Of a stretch of 64,000 bases of DNA, positions 9,794 to 18,944 are shown in pieces. The translations under genes and the position numbers were made by a program. This DNA comes from an uncultured Acidimicrobiia bacterium (lineage in GTDB: Bacteria; Acidobacteriota; Terriglobia; Versatilivoradales; Versatilivoraceae). Under the pieces are notes generated by a model that was given only the letters and a program-made list of their open reading frames with translations, was not told the DNA's origin and made no database searches. Where the stretch lies: positions 64,001-128,000 of the forward strand of contig CAWBAT010000005.1 in the NCBI GenBank assembly GCA_963786955.1. Reading direction: 5' to 3'. Each line of letters starts with the position of its first letter. Position 1 is the first letter of the stretch.

Positions 9794-10660
9794 ATGATCT
9801 TCAACCCTCATGCTGGTGGAATGCGGGGAGGGAGCAGGAAAGTCGAGTTCATTTCAGATGCGCTCAGAGCACTGGGTATTAAGCTGCAGTTGCTTTCTAC
9901 TCGCGCACCAGGGGATGCAACGATTCTGGCACGAAGGTTGGTTGAGTCGGAATGCCAACTCGTCGTGGCGTGCGGGGGTGATGGCACGATTAATGAAATC
10001 ATTGGCGGAATGGCTGGGAGCCACGTGCCCCTCATGATTTTCCCGGGCGGTACAGCCAATGTGCTAGCCAATGAGATCGGTTTGCCCAAAGACATCAGAC
10101 ACTGCGTCCAGTTGCTTTGTACAGGAAGTCTGCGTCGAGTTTCGCTGGGGAAAGCCGGTGCTCGCCACTTTGCCGCGATGGCAGGCATCGGTGTTGACGC
10201 CGGAGTGGTTGAGGCAGTGAATCCCGCTTTGAAGCGGAAGATAGGGCAAGGAGCTTTCTGGTTGGCAGGTTTTCAACAACTGGCCCGATATCATTTTCTT
10301 CCCTTTGAAATACAGGTGGACGGACACTCTCATTCTTGTACATTTGCGATCATCAGCAAGTCTAGATGGTACGCTAGCCGGTTTCAACTCACCCCTCGCG
10401 CCAGTTTGTTTTCTGATACTTTCGAAATCTGCTTGTTCCACAGCACGAACCGCTGGCGGTACCTCACCTATTTGCTCTATTCGAGTTTTGGTAAACATGA
10501 GTTTCTACAGGACGTGACGATTCTTCAAGGAAAGAACATCAAGGCCGTTGGACCCGACCAGGTCATGGTTCAGGTTGATGGGGAGCTTATTGGAACCCTT
10601 CCACAGGAGTTCCAGATTCAAGAAGATGCACTCACACTAATCATGCCCAGCGACCTCTAA
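9794..10660 (+). CDS. Diacylglycerol kinase family lipid kinase (YegS/BmrU)
   Basis: NPHAG, GGDGTINE, PGGTAN and QVDGE motifs. Confidence 0.93.
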   Translation: MIFNPHAGGMRGGSRKVEFISDALRALGIKLQLLSTRAPGDATILARRLVESECQLVVACGGDGTINEIIGGMAGSHVPLMIFPGGTANVLANEIGLPKDIRHCVQLLCTGSLRRVSLGKAGARHFAAMAGIGVDAGVVEAVNPALKRKIGQGAFWLAGFQQLARYHFLPFEIQVDGHSHSCTFAIISKSRWYASRFQLTPRASLFSDTFEICLFHSTNRWRYLTYLLYSSFGKHEFLQDVTILQGKNIKAVGPDQVMVQVDGELIGTLPQEFQIQEDALTLIMPSDL

Positions 10661-10687
10661 TACAAATGTAATCAATAATGTTCCAAA

Positions 10688-10810
10688 ACCGGCGCGCGCC
10701 CCCCCTCAGGTCCCCGGTTCATACAGCACAAGGGGGGAAGCAAGTACCTCATTGTCCCCCATAGCACAAGGGGGGACTTTAGGGGTGTGAAGAATTAGTG
10801 GCAAACATCA
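10688..10810. repeat. C5/G6 palindromic intergenic repeat pair
   Basis: GTCCCCCATAGCACAAGGGGGGAC hairpin plus tail AATTAGTGGCAAACATCA shared with 28297-28346 and 31866-31923. Confidence 0.6.
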
Positions 10811-10849
10811 AATAGTGCGACTGCATTAGGAAAAGACACAAAGCCTCTA

Positions 10850-12337
10850 ATGAAGCTGAAAATATTGTTTTTTTTCATGGCCACCTTTTTATTATGGCTA
10901 ACCTTGGCAATCGTGAGGTGGGGGCAGCCTTTCCCCTGGCAGGTCATTCTTGCCGATCGAATCGATCGCAACCAGGACGGGAACGTTGATTGCTGGCGTC
11001 TTAAGGATACCAAGAGCGGTGAAACCATCATTGAAAATGACACCAATTCTGATGGCCGTGTCGACCAAATCCAGTGGGGGAATCCCCATGGAAGAGTTGT
11101 CGACCTCTCCGACACCGCGACGAGTGATACGAGGCGGAAGAAGCTGATCGTTTGTCTCGATGGGGTCCCTTATGAGGATATGGCTTATCTATGGGATCAT
11201 GGTTACTTTCGTGAATTTTCCCGGCCCGGTAAGCTCATTAGCGTATTCCCATCATTGAGCGACGTCGCCATAACGAATGTTTTGCACACAGCACCTGTAC
11301 CGGGTTATGAGAATCTTTATTTTGACATTGCCAAAAACAAAATTGGCGGGGGGGCATTCAGCACGGTGTCCAAAATTCGGATGCCTTATCTCGACGCTCT
11401 CGATTATGACGAACCAGGTATCTTCAAAGGGTTGGCTTATATTCTTCCCCTTAAGACCTATCATGCCGATTTAGGCCGATTCTCCAAAAGGCTCGCTGAG
11501 AAAGAGTTCCTGACTTTCAAGTCACACATCTGCTCTACCGATGCCATCTGTCATGTTCTAACCCGGGAGGCGTTTCTGAATTACATGGTCGAAACTGACC
11601 GCATGCTGAGGGAAATTTTTGTTCGTTATCATGGCAACTTAGACTTTTTGGTTTTTTCAGACCATGGTAATAGTCATGTCACAAATCATCGTGTAGACCT
11701 GGATGGATACCTAGCCCAGTTCGGTTTTCGAATCGAGTCTTCTATTCGAGATGAATGGAGCGTAGCGATCCCAAAGTTCGGCCTCGTGGGAGCGATGCCG
11801 GTTTATTCGCAGAGCCAGAATACGAAGCGACTGAGCCAAGTCCTGGCCGATTCCGAAGCAGTCGATTTCGTTGCTTATCTGGATGATGGGAAAGTGCGCC
11901 TGTTATCTTCGAAAGGGGAAGCGCTGATCCGTGCAACGGGTGAAGGAAATCGGCTGCGGTATGAAGTGCTCAAAGGAGACCCTCTTGACCTCAAGCCAAT
12001 AGTCGAGCAAATGACTCAGCGTGGTGTCATCGAATCCGATGGATATGCATCCCGAGAGAATTGGTTTTCCTACACGGCAGAACATGAATACGCGGATGCC
12101 TTGAACGCCCTTTATTCTGGCGTCACGAACCATGTCACGAACCGGGCAAGCCTGATTGTGAGTTTTAAAGACGGTTATCATTATGGCAGCCCTTTCTTTA
12201 ATAGACTCGTAACCATGCGCTCGACTCATGGAAACCTTCGCAAGAGTTCCATGACAGGATTTTATATGCGCAACGGCCCGATGCCGCAGAAAGTCATGGC
12301 TGCCCGGGACCTTTTGAGAGAAGAAATTGTACGATGA
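10850..12337 (+). CDS. Membrane-anchored alkaline phosphatase superfamily (nucleotide pyrophosphatase/phosphodiesterase-like) protein
   Basis: LDGV, SVFPSLS, SDHG and STHG motifs; N-terminal DxNxDG Ca-binding-like repeats. Confidence 0.8.
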   Translation: MKLKILFFFMATFLLWLTLAIVRWGQPFPWQVILADRIDRNQDGNVDCWRLKDTKSGETIIENDTNSDGRVDQIQWGNPHGRVVDLSDTATSDTRRKKLIVCLDGVPYEDMAYLWDHGYFREFSRPGKLISVFPSLSDVAITNVLHTAPVPGYENLYFDIAKNKIGGGAFSTVSKIRMPYLDALDYDEPGIFKGLAYILPLKTYHADLGRFSKRLAEKEFLTFKSHICSTDAICHVLTREAFLNYMVETDRMLREIFVRYHGNLDFLVFSDHGNSHVTNHRVDLDGYLAQFGFRIESSIRDEWSVAIPKFGLVGAMPVYSQSQNTKRLSQVLADSEAVDFVAYLDDGKVRLLSSKGEALIRATGEGNRLRYEVLKGDPLDLKPIVEQMTQRGVIESDGYASRENWFSYTAEHEYADALNALYSGVTNHVTNRASLIVSFKDGYHYGSPFFNRLVTMRSTHGNLRKSSMTGFYMRNGPMPQKVMAARDLLREEIVR

Positions 12338-12491
12338 AAAACTTTTTCACCCCACCGAGAAATCCTGGTGGGCGTCTCCAAGTATAGCGGGCGCTTTCAT
12401 CGGCGGTCTCGGCGAAATAGTCCTACCTGAAAGCCGTAGCGGGGCGAGCTGTTTATCCCCCGGGTGGCGCACATTGGTTCGCAACTTAGTA

Positions 12492-13373
12492 TCAATCTTC
12501 TTTGAGCTTGACGTCTGCAGTAAACCTTCTAAATTCACGGAACTCAATCAAGTTACGAGAACTCAATCGATTCTGGTTTTCTCGAATCACGAGTTCCGCC
12601 GCTATGGGAAGAAGAAAGGACTGATTTTCCAATCCGGCTATGGCCCTATAACCATACTCAGTCGTGGTTTCTGAGTAGAGAATTGGAAAGTTTCTGGGGA
12701 GTTGGAGTGTATGTTGACTGATTCTGAGAATGCTCCGATTTCGTGCATCAACCCAAATCCTTCCCTGATAGGCCACCTTGAGTGAATATGAGTTCTTGTA
12801 GGATATTGTCCAGGCAGAACTTTCCCGAGGCACTGAGAATCCAATGACTACAGTCTGAACCCCTCGGAACTGCTCCTCTCCTTCTTTCCTAAATTTCGCC
12901 TGAGTTTCGGGAATGAAGAGTGAACGCAAGATACTGCCAAATTCCCCGATCGAAATCACATTACCAAGCGATTCAAAACGCTTGGTAACCGGCCTTCCAT
13001 TAATCTTGATGTTGGAGTAATTCTCCTGCTTTTGGTTATAGCCCAATTCGGATTCCACAATGTCCTGGCTTTGCCATTGATTGCCCCCAAGAGGATCCTT
13101 AAAGCGACGGGTGATCTGCCGGCAAATAAAATCTGGCAGATCGTCGGTGAACTGCAGCGCTCTCTTCCGGACATCGTTTAAGAAAGCATTCCATTCCGTT
13201 GTCTGAGCTTCCGCCGTGTTTGTTGCAAGGCGTGGCAGTTCCTGCGGAGATAAGAGGAGGAAAGCAAACAGATTAATCTGCTGTACCCCACAAATAAAAA
13301 AGGTTCTCAAGAATCTAGAAAGGAAATGTTGGGGTGTCGGGATATGAAGCGGCGGCTGTTGTCCTGGTTTCAT
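12492..13373 (-). CDS. Conserved exported hypothetical protein (Acidobacteria-type, LPDFIC motif)
   Basis: 293-aa ORF, signal-like segment, LPDFICRQ...GEFGS...G.IWVD pattern. Confidence 0.65.
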   Translation of the reverse strand: MKPGQQPPLHIPTPQHFLSRFLRTFFICGVQQINLFAFLLLSPQELPRLATNTAEAQTTEWNAFLNDVRKRALQFTDDLPDFICRQITRRFKDPLGGNQWQSQDIVESELGYNQKQENYSNIKINGRPVTKRFESLGNVISIGEFGSILRSLFIPETQAKFRKEGEEQFRGVQTVVIGFSVPRESSAWTISYKNSYSLKVAYQGRIWVDARNRSILRISQHTLQLPRNFPILYSETTTEYGYRAIAGLENQSFLLPIAAELVIRENQNRLSSRNLIEFREFRRFTADVKLKED

Positions 13374-13390
13374 ACAATCGCAAACAAATA

Positions 13391-13482
13391 GTAGCGCCGT
13401 TTGACTCTGGGGTTTCTGGTTAGCCCTCTTGGGGAACTGTCTGTTTCTACAGCCGCAGAGTTAGAAAGCAACTCTGCGCTAC
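13391..13482. repeat. GTAG-type REP pair
   Basis: GTAGCGC...GCCGCAGAGTTAGAAAGCAACTCTGCGCTAC, nearly identical to 25403-25433. Confidence 0.7.
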
Positions 13483-13507
13483 GGTTATGGGACCGGGAAC
13501 ATGGGTG

Positions 13508-14218
13508 TTATGGGCAGGGACTCTGCCAAAGCGCGTGGCCAACAAAAAAAGGTCCGAGAGATTGGATAAATTCGGAGGTTTGGCGAGTCTTACGCATGGT
13601 CTGGACAATGTGTGAAAGGGGGTGAAGGTCCTTGCCAATTAGGCCAATCAAAAAATCGTTGTCGTGCGCATCCAGCCCGTGAGAAGCCAGTCGGATGTCG
13701 TGGGCGAGGTCGGCATCCCCGTAAGCTCTTCCTATTGTGCCATGTTCCTTCAAAATGCCGCCTTGCTCTTGAGGGGTTAACTTTGCGAAAGTTCCCGAGC
13801 GTCGCAGGGGATACCAAATAGCCCAGGGCCAAGAAGGATTCAGAGCCGTTCGCCGCGGTTTGTGCAAGAGCCAGTCTGCCAGATCCGGTTCATATCCGGA
13901 AGAGTAGGAGCGACCCATCATCGTGAATTCTAATTTTTGACTCAGGCTGCGGAAAGGGTCTGTATTCACAAGGTCCCTTAGGGTCGTTACAAAGAAGACG
14001 GGATCCTCGTGCATTGTGAGGAGCCCAACCCCTCGAGGATCGTTCACGTCCTGGTAGAGTACCGCCTGCGTGTGCCGCTGCTCCAGGGTTGAGGCCAGCT
14101 TTCCTGAATCCAAGCAGCCCCCAAATACTTGAAGTTGCATGAAAAGGCGACGGTCCAGTACTTGTTGGTTTGCACCGCGCTCTTGAACGTCCGTCTGACT
14201 TTCCAAAGTCTGAGACAT
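13508..14218 (-). CDS. Chlorite dismutase/coproheme decarboxylase (Cld/HemQ) family heme protein
   Basis: YEPDL, WYPLRR, EHG.IGR.Y and GLD..D motifs; directly downstream of ccmD. Confidence 0.85.
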   Translation of the reverse strand: MSQTLESQTDVQERGANQQVLDRRLFMQLQVFGGCLDSGKLASTLEQRHTQAVLYQDVNDPRGVGLLTMHEDPVFFVTTLRDLVNTDPFRSLSQKLEFTMMGRSYSSGYEPDLADWLLHKPRRTALNPSWPWAIWYPLRRSGTFAKLTPQEQGGILKEHGTIGRAYGDADLAHDIRLASHGLDAHDNDFLIGLIGKDLHPLSHIVQTMRKTRQTSEFIQSLGPFFVGHALWQSPCP

Positions 14219-14235
14219 AAGGTGTCCTTTTTCCT

Positions 14236-14376
14236 CTAGGATCTCGTTTTTTGACCCAACCGTTCTTGGACTTGAGTTAAATCTTCCTGAACCCGGCGTT
14301 GCCGTTGGGAGAGGCTAAAAATGTAGCCGAATAGTAAAATCCAAATCGCTGAGTACGCGGCAAACAAATAATTCAT
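14236..14376 (-). CDS. ccmD: Heme exporter protein CcmD (46 aa, not in ORF track)
   Basis: MNYLFAAYSAIWILLFGYIFSLSQRQRRVQEDL...; ATGA overlap with the ccmC stop. Confidence 0.9.
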   Translation of the reverse strand: MNYLFAAYSAIWILLFGYIFSLSQRQRRVQEDLTQVQERLGQKTRS

Positions 14377-15065
14377 AAGGTCCCCCTTCTTTGGGTTTCT
14401 AATTGTCGCTGCAAGGCTTCAACGGCCTCTTGTGAACTCTCCAGATCAGTCCGAATTCTCCACAAGTAGAAATACAAGAAAGTAAATGCGGCGAGTGAGA
14501 GAAAGAAAGCGATTTTCATATGGGGATCGAGTCCCGAACCCTGGCCTCCTGCCATGACCGGGGAAGGATGCTGTGTCCGCCACCAGCGATTAGACATGTA
14601 AACAATCGGGACATCTATCGCCCCAAGGATTCCGAAAATGGCCGACAACCTGGCCCGTTGTTCCGGAGCCTCGATCAGGCGTCGAAGCATGATGTAGCCC
14701 ATATAGATCAGCCAAAGGACGAACATCGACGTTAGCCGCGGGTCCCAAGTCCACCAAATTCCCCATACGGGTTTCGCCCAGAGGGGCCCAGTGACCAGCA
14801 CGATGGTGGCGAAAATAGCGCCGACTTCGGCAGCGGCGGCCGCCTTAATGTCCATCTTTCGCGTTCCTGTTATTAAGAAAAGAGCGCTATAAACAAAAAC
14901 GGAAAGGATGGCCAGGAAACAGATCCAGGCTGAAGAAACGTGGAAATAGAAGATCCTTTGCACGTCGCCCATGGAAGCCTCGGTAGGCGCGTAGAGAAAA
15001 ATTGCGTAGATGGCGCAGAGCATCGTAACAAAGGTTAAGAGTGCCAGGACTTTCTGTGATTTCAC
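14373..15065 (-). CDS. ccmC: Heme exporter protein CcmC
   Basis: QRIFYFHV, WAKPVWGIWWTWDPRLT (WWD domain), WRTQHP; GTG start behind AAGGAGG. Confidence 0.95.
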   Translation of the reverse strand: MKSQKVLALLTFVTMLCAIYAIFLYAPTEASMGDVQRIFYFHVSSAWICFLAILSVFVYSALFLITGTRKMDIKAAAAAEVGAIFATIVLVTGPLWAKPVWGIWWTWDPRLTSMFVLWLIYMGYIMLRRLIEAPEQRARLSAIFGILGAIDVPIVYMSNRWWRTQHPSPVMAGGQGSGLDPHMKIAFFLSLAAFTFLYFYLWRIRTDLESSQEAVEALQRQLETQRRGTL

Positions 15066-15193
15066 TTCAGCCTCCTTCAGAAAAGTCATCCCCCCATTCC
15101 ATGTGCACGGGCGATGGCCGGGAGCCAATTCTCCAATGACGCACCCCAAAGCCGAAGGGTCACTCTGGTTGATCCCCTCCAGTTTCTCATTTT

Positions 15194-15871
15194 TTATTCC
15201 TCTAATACAAAATCAAATAGAAGGAAAGGGAGGGTCACGAAGATCACATTGTAGACTACAAGAAATCTCAACCAGAATCCTAACGCTTCGCCTGGGGGAT
15301 CCGTAAAGACCGCGGCGGTGGATTCCACTGCCCCAACAACGGCTGGCAAAACGACGGGAATGAGCAACACTGGTAGCATGACCTCACTCATCCGGGTGTT
15401 CATGGCAATAGCGGACAGAATGGTGCCCACGGAGACAAAGGCGAGAGTCCCCAGAAGGGTAATCAGCGACAACCAGCCAATCCTTGGCAACAAATCAAAG
15501 TTAAAAAACAATGCGAAACAGAGAAGAATAACGCCGTCTGCGATCAGCATGAAAACTAAGTTGGCCAACATCTTACCTAAGAAAATAGTGCCCCAGCCTG
15601 TTGGAGCCATCAGCAAACCCTGCAGGGAATCGTTCTCCCTCTCTCCGGCAAAAGATCGATTCAATCCCAGTATCCCAGCAAAAATAAAGGTCATCCAGAG
15701 AAGTCCAGGACCGAATCTTTCCGTTTCCTGGCCATCCGGTTCAAAAGCAAAGTGAAACATCAAGATGACCAGCAGCCCAAACATCAACATAGACGTCAAG
15801 GCATCCTTTGTCCGGTATTCGATCAGGACATCTTTCCAGAAGATGGTAAACGATTGGCTAAGAAATTTCAC
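15194..15871 (-). CDS. ccmB: Heme exporter protein CcmB
   Basis: WKD..IE.R, F..ERE, LP.LL.P..LP motifs. Confidence 0.93.
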   Translation of the reverse strand: MKFLSQSFTIFWKDVLIEYRTKDALTSMLMFGLLVILMFHFAFEPDGQETERFGPGLLWMTFIFAGILGLNRSFAGERENDSLQGLLMAPTGWGTIFLGKMLANLVFMLIADGVILLCFALFFNFDLLPRIGWLSLITLLGTLAFVSVGTILSAIAMNTRMSEVMLPVLLIPVVLPAVVGAVESTAAVFTDPPGEALGFWLRFLVVYNVIFVTLPFLLFDFVLEE

Positions 15872-16595
15872 GTGGGCGCTCTCTTAGGAATCTCTTGTAT
15901 TTTTCGCGAACCGAAGCATAGCCTTCCCTCATTTCCTCCACAATCCTCCCGTGCTCAACGATGGCCCACCGCCCTGCGCCATCCAGGCCTTGTTCCAAAT
16001 CGTGCGTTGCCATGATTACCGTTTTTTGATTCCCTACAAAATCCTTAAGCCACTCCCCCAACAACTCAGCGGCTTCGAAATCCAGGCCCGCGAACGGCTC
16101 ATCCAGTAGCAAGATTTCCGGACCGTGAAGAACGGCTCTCGCTATCGCCAGCCGTTGCTGCATTCCTCGAGAAAACCCACCTATTTGACGATGAGCCTGC
16201 TTCTCGAGCCCAACCCAGTGCAATGTTTCCTGGATGCGGCCCTCAGGATGCCGCATTTGATACAGCTTGGCGAAAAATAAGAGGTTCTCGAAGGCGGTTA
16301 AATGACGATAGAGAAAGCTGCTATGGGCCACAAATCCGAGACGAGAACGGATTTTTTCGGGATTCTTGAGCACGTCGATTCCGCACACGTACACTCTGCC
16401 TACATTAGGTTTAACAATTCTAGCGATTACCCGAAGTAAGGTGGATTTTCCCGCCCCGTTTCGCCCCAGAAAAACGACGAAATCTCCTGGATGAACAGTC
16501 AGGCTAACTCCCTGAAGAGCGACCGTATGCCCGAACCATTTCTCGACGTGTTCAACCTGAACGCAGGGCTGTGCCTGATGATTTGGAGATTTCAT
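15858..16595 (-). CDS. ccmA: Heme ABC exporter ATP-binding protein CcmA
   Basis: GRNGAGKST, FSRGMQQR, LLDEP; overlaps ccmB. Confidence 0.92.
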   Translation of the reverse strand: MKSPNHQAQPCVQVEHVEKWFGHTVALQGVSLTVHPGDFVVFLGRNGAGKSTLLRVIARIVKPNVGRVYVCGIDVLKNPEKIRSRLGFVAHSSFLYRHLTAFENLLFFAKLYQMRHPEGRIQETLHWVGLEKQAHRQIGGFSRGMQQRLAIARAVLHGPEILLLDEPFAGLDFEAAELLGEWLKDFVGNQKTVIMATHDLEQGLDGAGRWAIVEHGRIVEEMREGYASVREKYKRFLRERPREIS

Positions 16596-16626
16596 GGAAA
16601 AAATGTTTGTCCGCTAAGTCCAAAGG

Positions 16627-16760
16627 GTAGCCACGATCAATCCCAAGGGGATTGATCGTGGGCCTTTTCAATCAGGTAGAATTTACTTGGACAAATAAGA
16701 TCTAAAATGCGGATACCTAAAACCTACGATGAACGAAGAAATCGCTTTCATCGTGGCTAC
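16627..16760. repeat. GTAG-type REPIN (inverted REP doublet)
   Basis: GTAGCCACGATCAATCCCAAGGGGATTGATCGTGG ... CTACGATGAACGAAGAAATCGCTTTCATCGTGGCTAC. Confidence 0.75.
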
Positions 16761-16872
16761 CAGAATATGTATATGCCGAGACTTGCCGGACAGCCAAATG
16801 TTTTCCGTATATGAACGCGCCAAATCCCTGGGGAATTGAAGATTTCTGCATGCGGAGTCCAATATCTCCTCT

Positions 16873-17988
16873 TTATCCTCGCTTGCGTTTCAGTTCCGTC
16901 TTGGACTGGGCTTTCTGCCATAAGGCAAAACCCAGCGCCAATGCGAACAAACCACCAAAACCTGCGAGGATATAATTCTTCATCTCGAAAACCGGGTTCG
17001 CGAGACGAACCACCTTAATCCCGGAAGTGTCTGGTTCTTGTTCCATACCTTCCGCCGAGCCCTTTTCATTCTCCTCGGAAACTTGTGGAGCATCCCCTGA
17101 GATTCTGAAACTCAATTGAGCTTCCTTCCCGGCCGAGACAACTTCGTAAGAGGCTGCTTTGGTAAGGGAATCCGGACCGGTTGGTTTTATCCCCTGGCCT
17201 GTGAGCTGAAGATCAGCCGGAAGGACCAGCAATCGGATTTTTTCCGGGCCGTAGAAAAACCGCTGTTTGAAATCTCGCTGATTGGTTGGATAGTTTACCT
17301 TGTAGGAAATCCTGATTTCATTAACCCCAGGCTTCATCGGAGAATGAACCGCATACCCGCCCTCCTTGCGCAGGGTAGGTTTCTGAGGCAGTGGAATTCC
17401 GGCAAGACCCACGACCGCTACACTGAGTTCGCTGACTAGGTCGGGAGTGGGAGTATCAAACAGAAACGTTCCGCCTGGAAGTACCAACGTCTTCTTGGGA
17501 TCCTTTTCGTTCGTGAACAGGTATTGCTGCTGAACAAAAAGTTGATTGCCACTTGCCTGAGCCAGCATCACGGGTAAAGAAACCCGGATTCCTTCCATAC
17601 TCTCGGTCGGTTCGTAAACGACCAATCTCACGGGAGCACTCAGATTCTGATCCGGCGTAATCGTGAGGTTGTAATTCACGCCATGATAGATTGCACGCAG
17701 CAACCAGTGCGGGGTTTGGACCCCTTCTGCCAGGGTAAAATGAAATTGACCATTGACGTTCGTTAAAGTATCCGAATTATTTTGCATGCCTTCACCGAGC
17801 ACTAGCAATTCCACCTTTTGACTGGGAACAGGATGATTGTTCGTACCGTTAATGAGCACGCCCTGCAAGGCTCTTTCGGCGCAAAGGTCGGCAGATGAAG
17901 CCAGGCAACCGAGGAAAGAAAGGAAGCAGAGAAAATATCGAACCAGCCAAGAAGAGGTCCTTGCGGCAAGAGGGTTATTAGGATTCAT
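16873..17988 (-). CDS. Ccm-cluster periplasmic protein with carboxypeptidase-regulatory-like domain and C-terminal TM anchor
   Basis: Signal peptide, G...NGT...P, T...G.F.F, A.Y.GV.Y; C-terminal TM; within the ccm operon. Confidence 0.7.
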   Translation of the reverse strand: MNPNNPLAARTSSWLVRYFLCFLSFLGCLASSADLCAERALQGVLINGTNNHPVPSQKVELLVLGEGMQNNSDTLTNVNGQFHFTLAEGVQTPHWLLRAIYHGVNYNLTITPDQNLSAPVRLVVYEPTESMEGIRVSLPVMLAQASGNQLFVQQQYLFTNEKDPKKTLVLPGGTFLFDTPTPDLVSELSVAVVGLAGIPLPQKPTLRKEGGYAVHSPMKPGVNEIRISYKVNYPTNQRDFKQRFFYGPEKIRLLVLPADLQLTGQGIKPTGPDSLTKAASYEVVSAGKEAQLSFRISGDAPQVSEENEKGSAEGMEQEPDTSGIKVVRLANPVFEMKNYILAGFGGLFALALGFALWQKAQSKTELKRKRG

Positions 17989-18026
17989 TCACAACCAATC
18001 GATTTGCTGAGATTTTCACGGGTGAG

Positions 18027-18386
18027 CTATTTCTTGGACTTTTTGCTACTCTTAAGAACTGCCACAACTTTGGACTCCCCCGGGCTCTGGAGACTTTCAG
18101 GCTTTAAGGATTCGATCTCACGCATGATTTGGTAAGCCTCGTGACTGAATTCTTCGCGTAAACGCTCATAGTCAAGTTCAGAAAGCTTGCCCATTTTATA
18201 TTCAAACTCAAGGTCTTTGATGTTTTCGTAGATTCTCTCTTTCCTTCTATGGAGACGTTTTAGAGGGCTCGGGTTCCCTTCCAGGCTTCCCATAAATGGA
18301 TTCTTCGCCGTAGCCAACATGGGGCGAAACACAAGCAACAAGGTCGCCAAGGTAACAAGAGAACAAACAATATAAACCGAAGTCAT
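18027..18386 (-). CDS. CcmI-N-like membrane protein
   Basis: N-terminal TM then IKDLEFEYKMGKLS..DY..LR motif. Confidence 0.7.
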   Translation of the reverse strand: MTSVYIVCSLVTLATLLLVFRPMLATAKNPFMGSLEGNPSPLKRLHRRKERIYENIKDLEFEYKMGKLSELDYERLREEFSHEAYQIMREIESLKPESLQSPGESKVVAVLKSSKKSKK

Positions 18387-18405
18387 CCTTGTCCTTCCGA
18401 TTCAA

Positions 18406-18933
18406 TCAAGAATCGAAGTCTTTCAGTTCCTTCTCAATCTGCTGCTGATAGGGTTCCGGGACAGCAGGGGCTGCACCATGACCTTCCACCGCCAAGGCCG
18501 GTTTCCGCCGAGCCCATACCCGGATCAGGAAGTACACTAGCACAAAACCAAGGAACAGCATCACAAACGGCATAGTCCAGGCCGTCAAATCAAACCCATG
18601 CGTCGTTGGGGCACTCAAAATCAAATTACTATACTTCGAAACAAAGATGTCCCGAATCTGCTGCCGGCTTTTTCCTTCTTTCAGATAGGCGGCTATTTCC
18701 TGTTGGAGTGGAACTCCTGACTCGCAATTGACCATTCCGCAAGCGTTGAGCTGATGATTACAGCCGCATTGGCAAACAAAATCTTCAGCCACTTTCTTAA
18801 CTTCGGGCGAAAAAGCCTGAGCGTACACAAGTGGGACAGATCCCATCACCAGAAGGATGAATATGGAAAATACCTGTCGGTATGTCCTTCCAGACGTAAG
18901 ATTTTGAAAGCACCAAGAAAATTGCATCTGCAC
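18406..18933 (-). CDS. ccmH: Cytochrome c biogenesis protein CcmH
   Basis: CQCGC...C...C, G.S..QI...FV.KY...IL.AP...GF...AW..P. Confidence 0.88.
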   Translation of the reverse strand: MQMQFSWCFQNLTSGRTYRQVFSIFILLVMGSVPLVYAQAFSPEVKKVAEDFVCQCGCNHQLNACGMVNCESGVPLQQEIAAYLKEGKSRQQIRDIFVSKYSNLILSAPTTHGFDLTAWTMPFVMLFLGFVLVYFLIRVWARRKPALAVEGHGAAPAVPEPYQQQIEKELKDFDS

Positions 18934-18944
18934 CGCACCACAGA

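Noticed and set aside
13508-14218. Call as a functional chlorite dismutase
   Set aside because: The catalytic Arg position appears substituted, there is no export signal, and the context is heme biogenesis.
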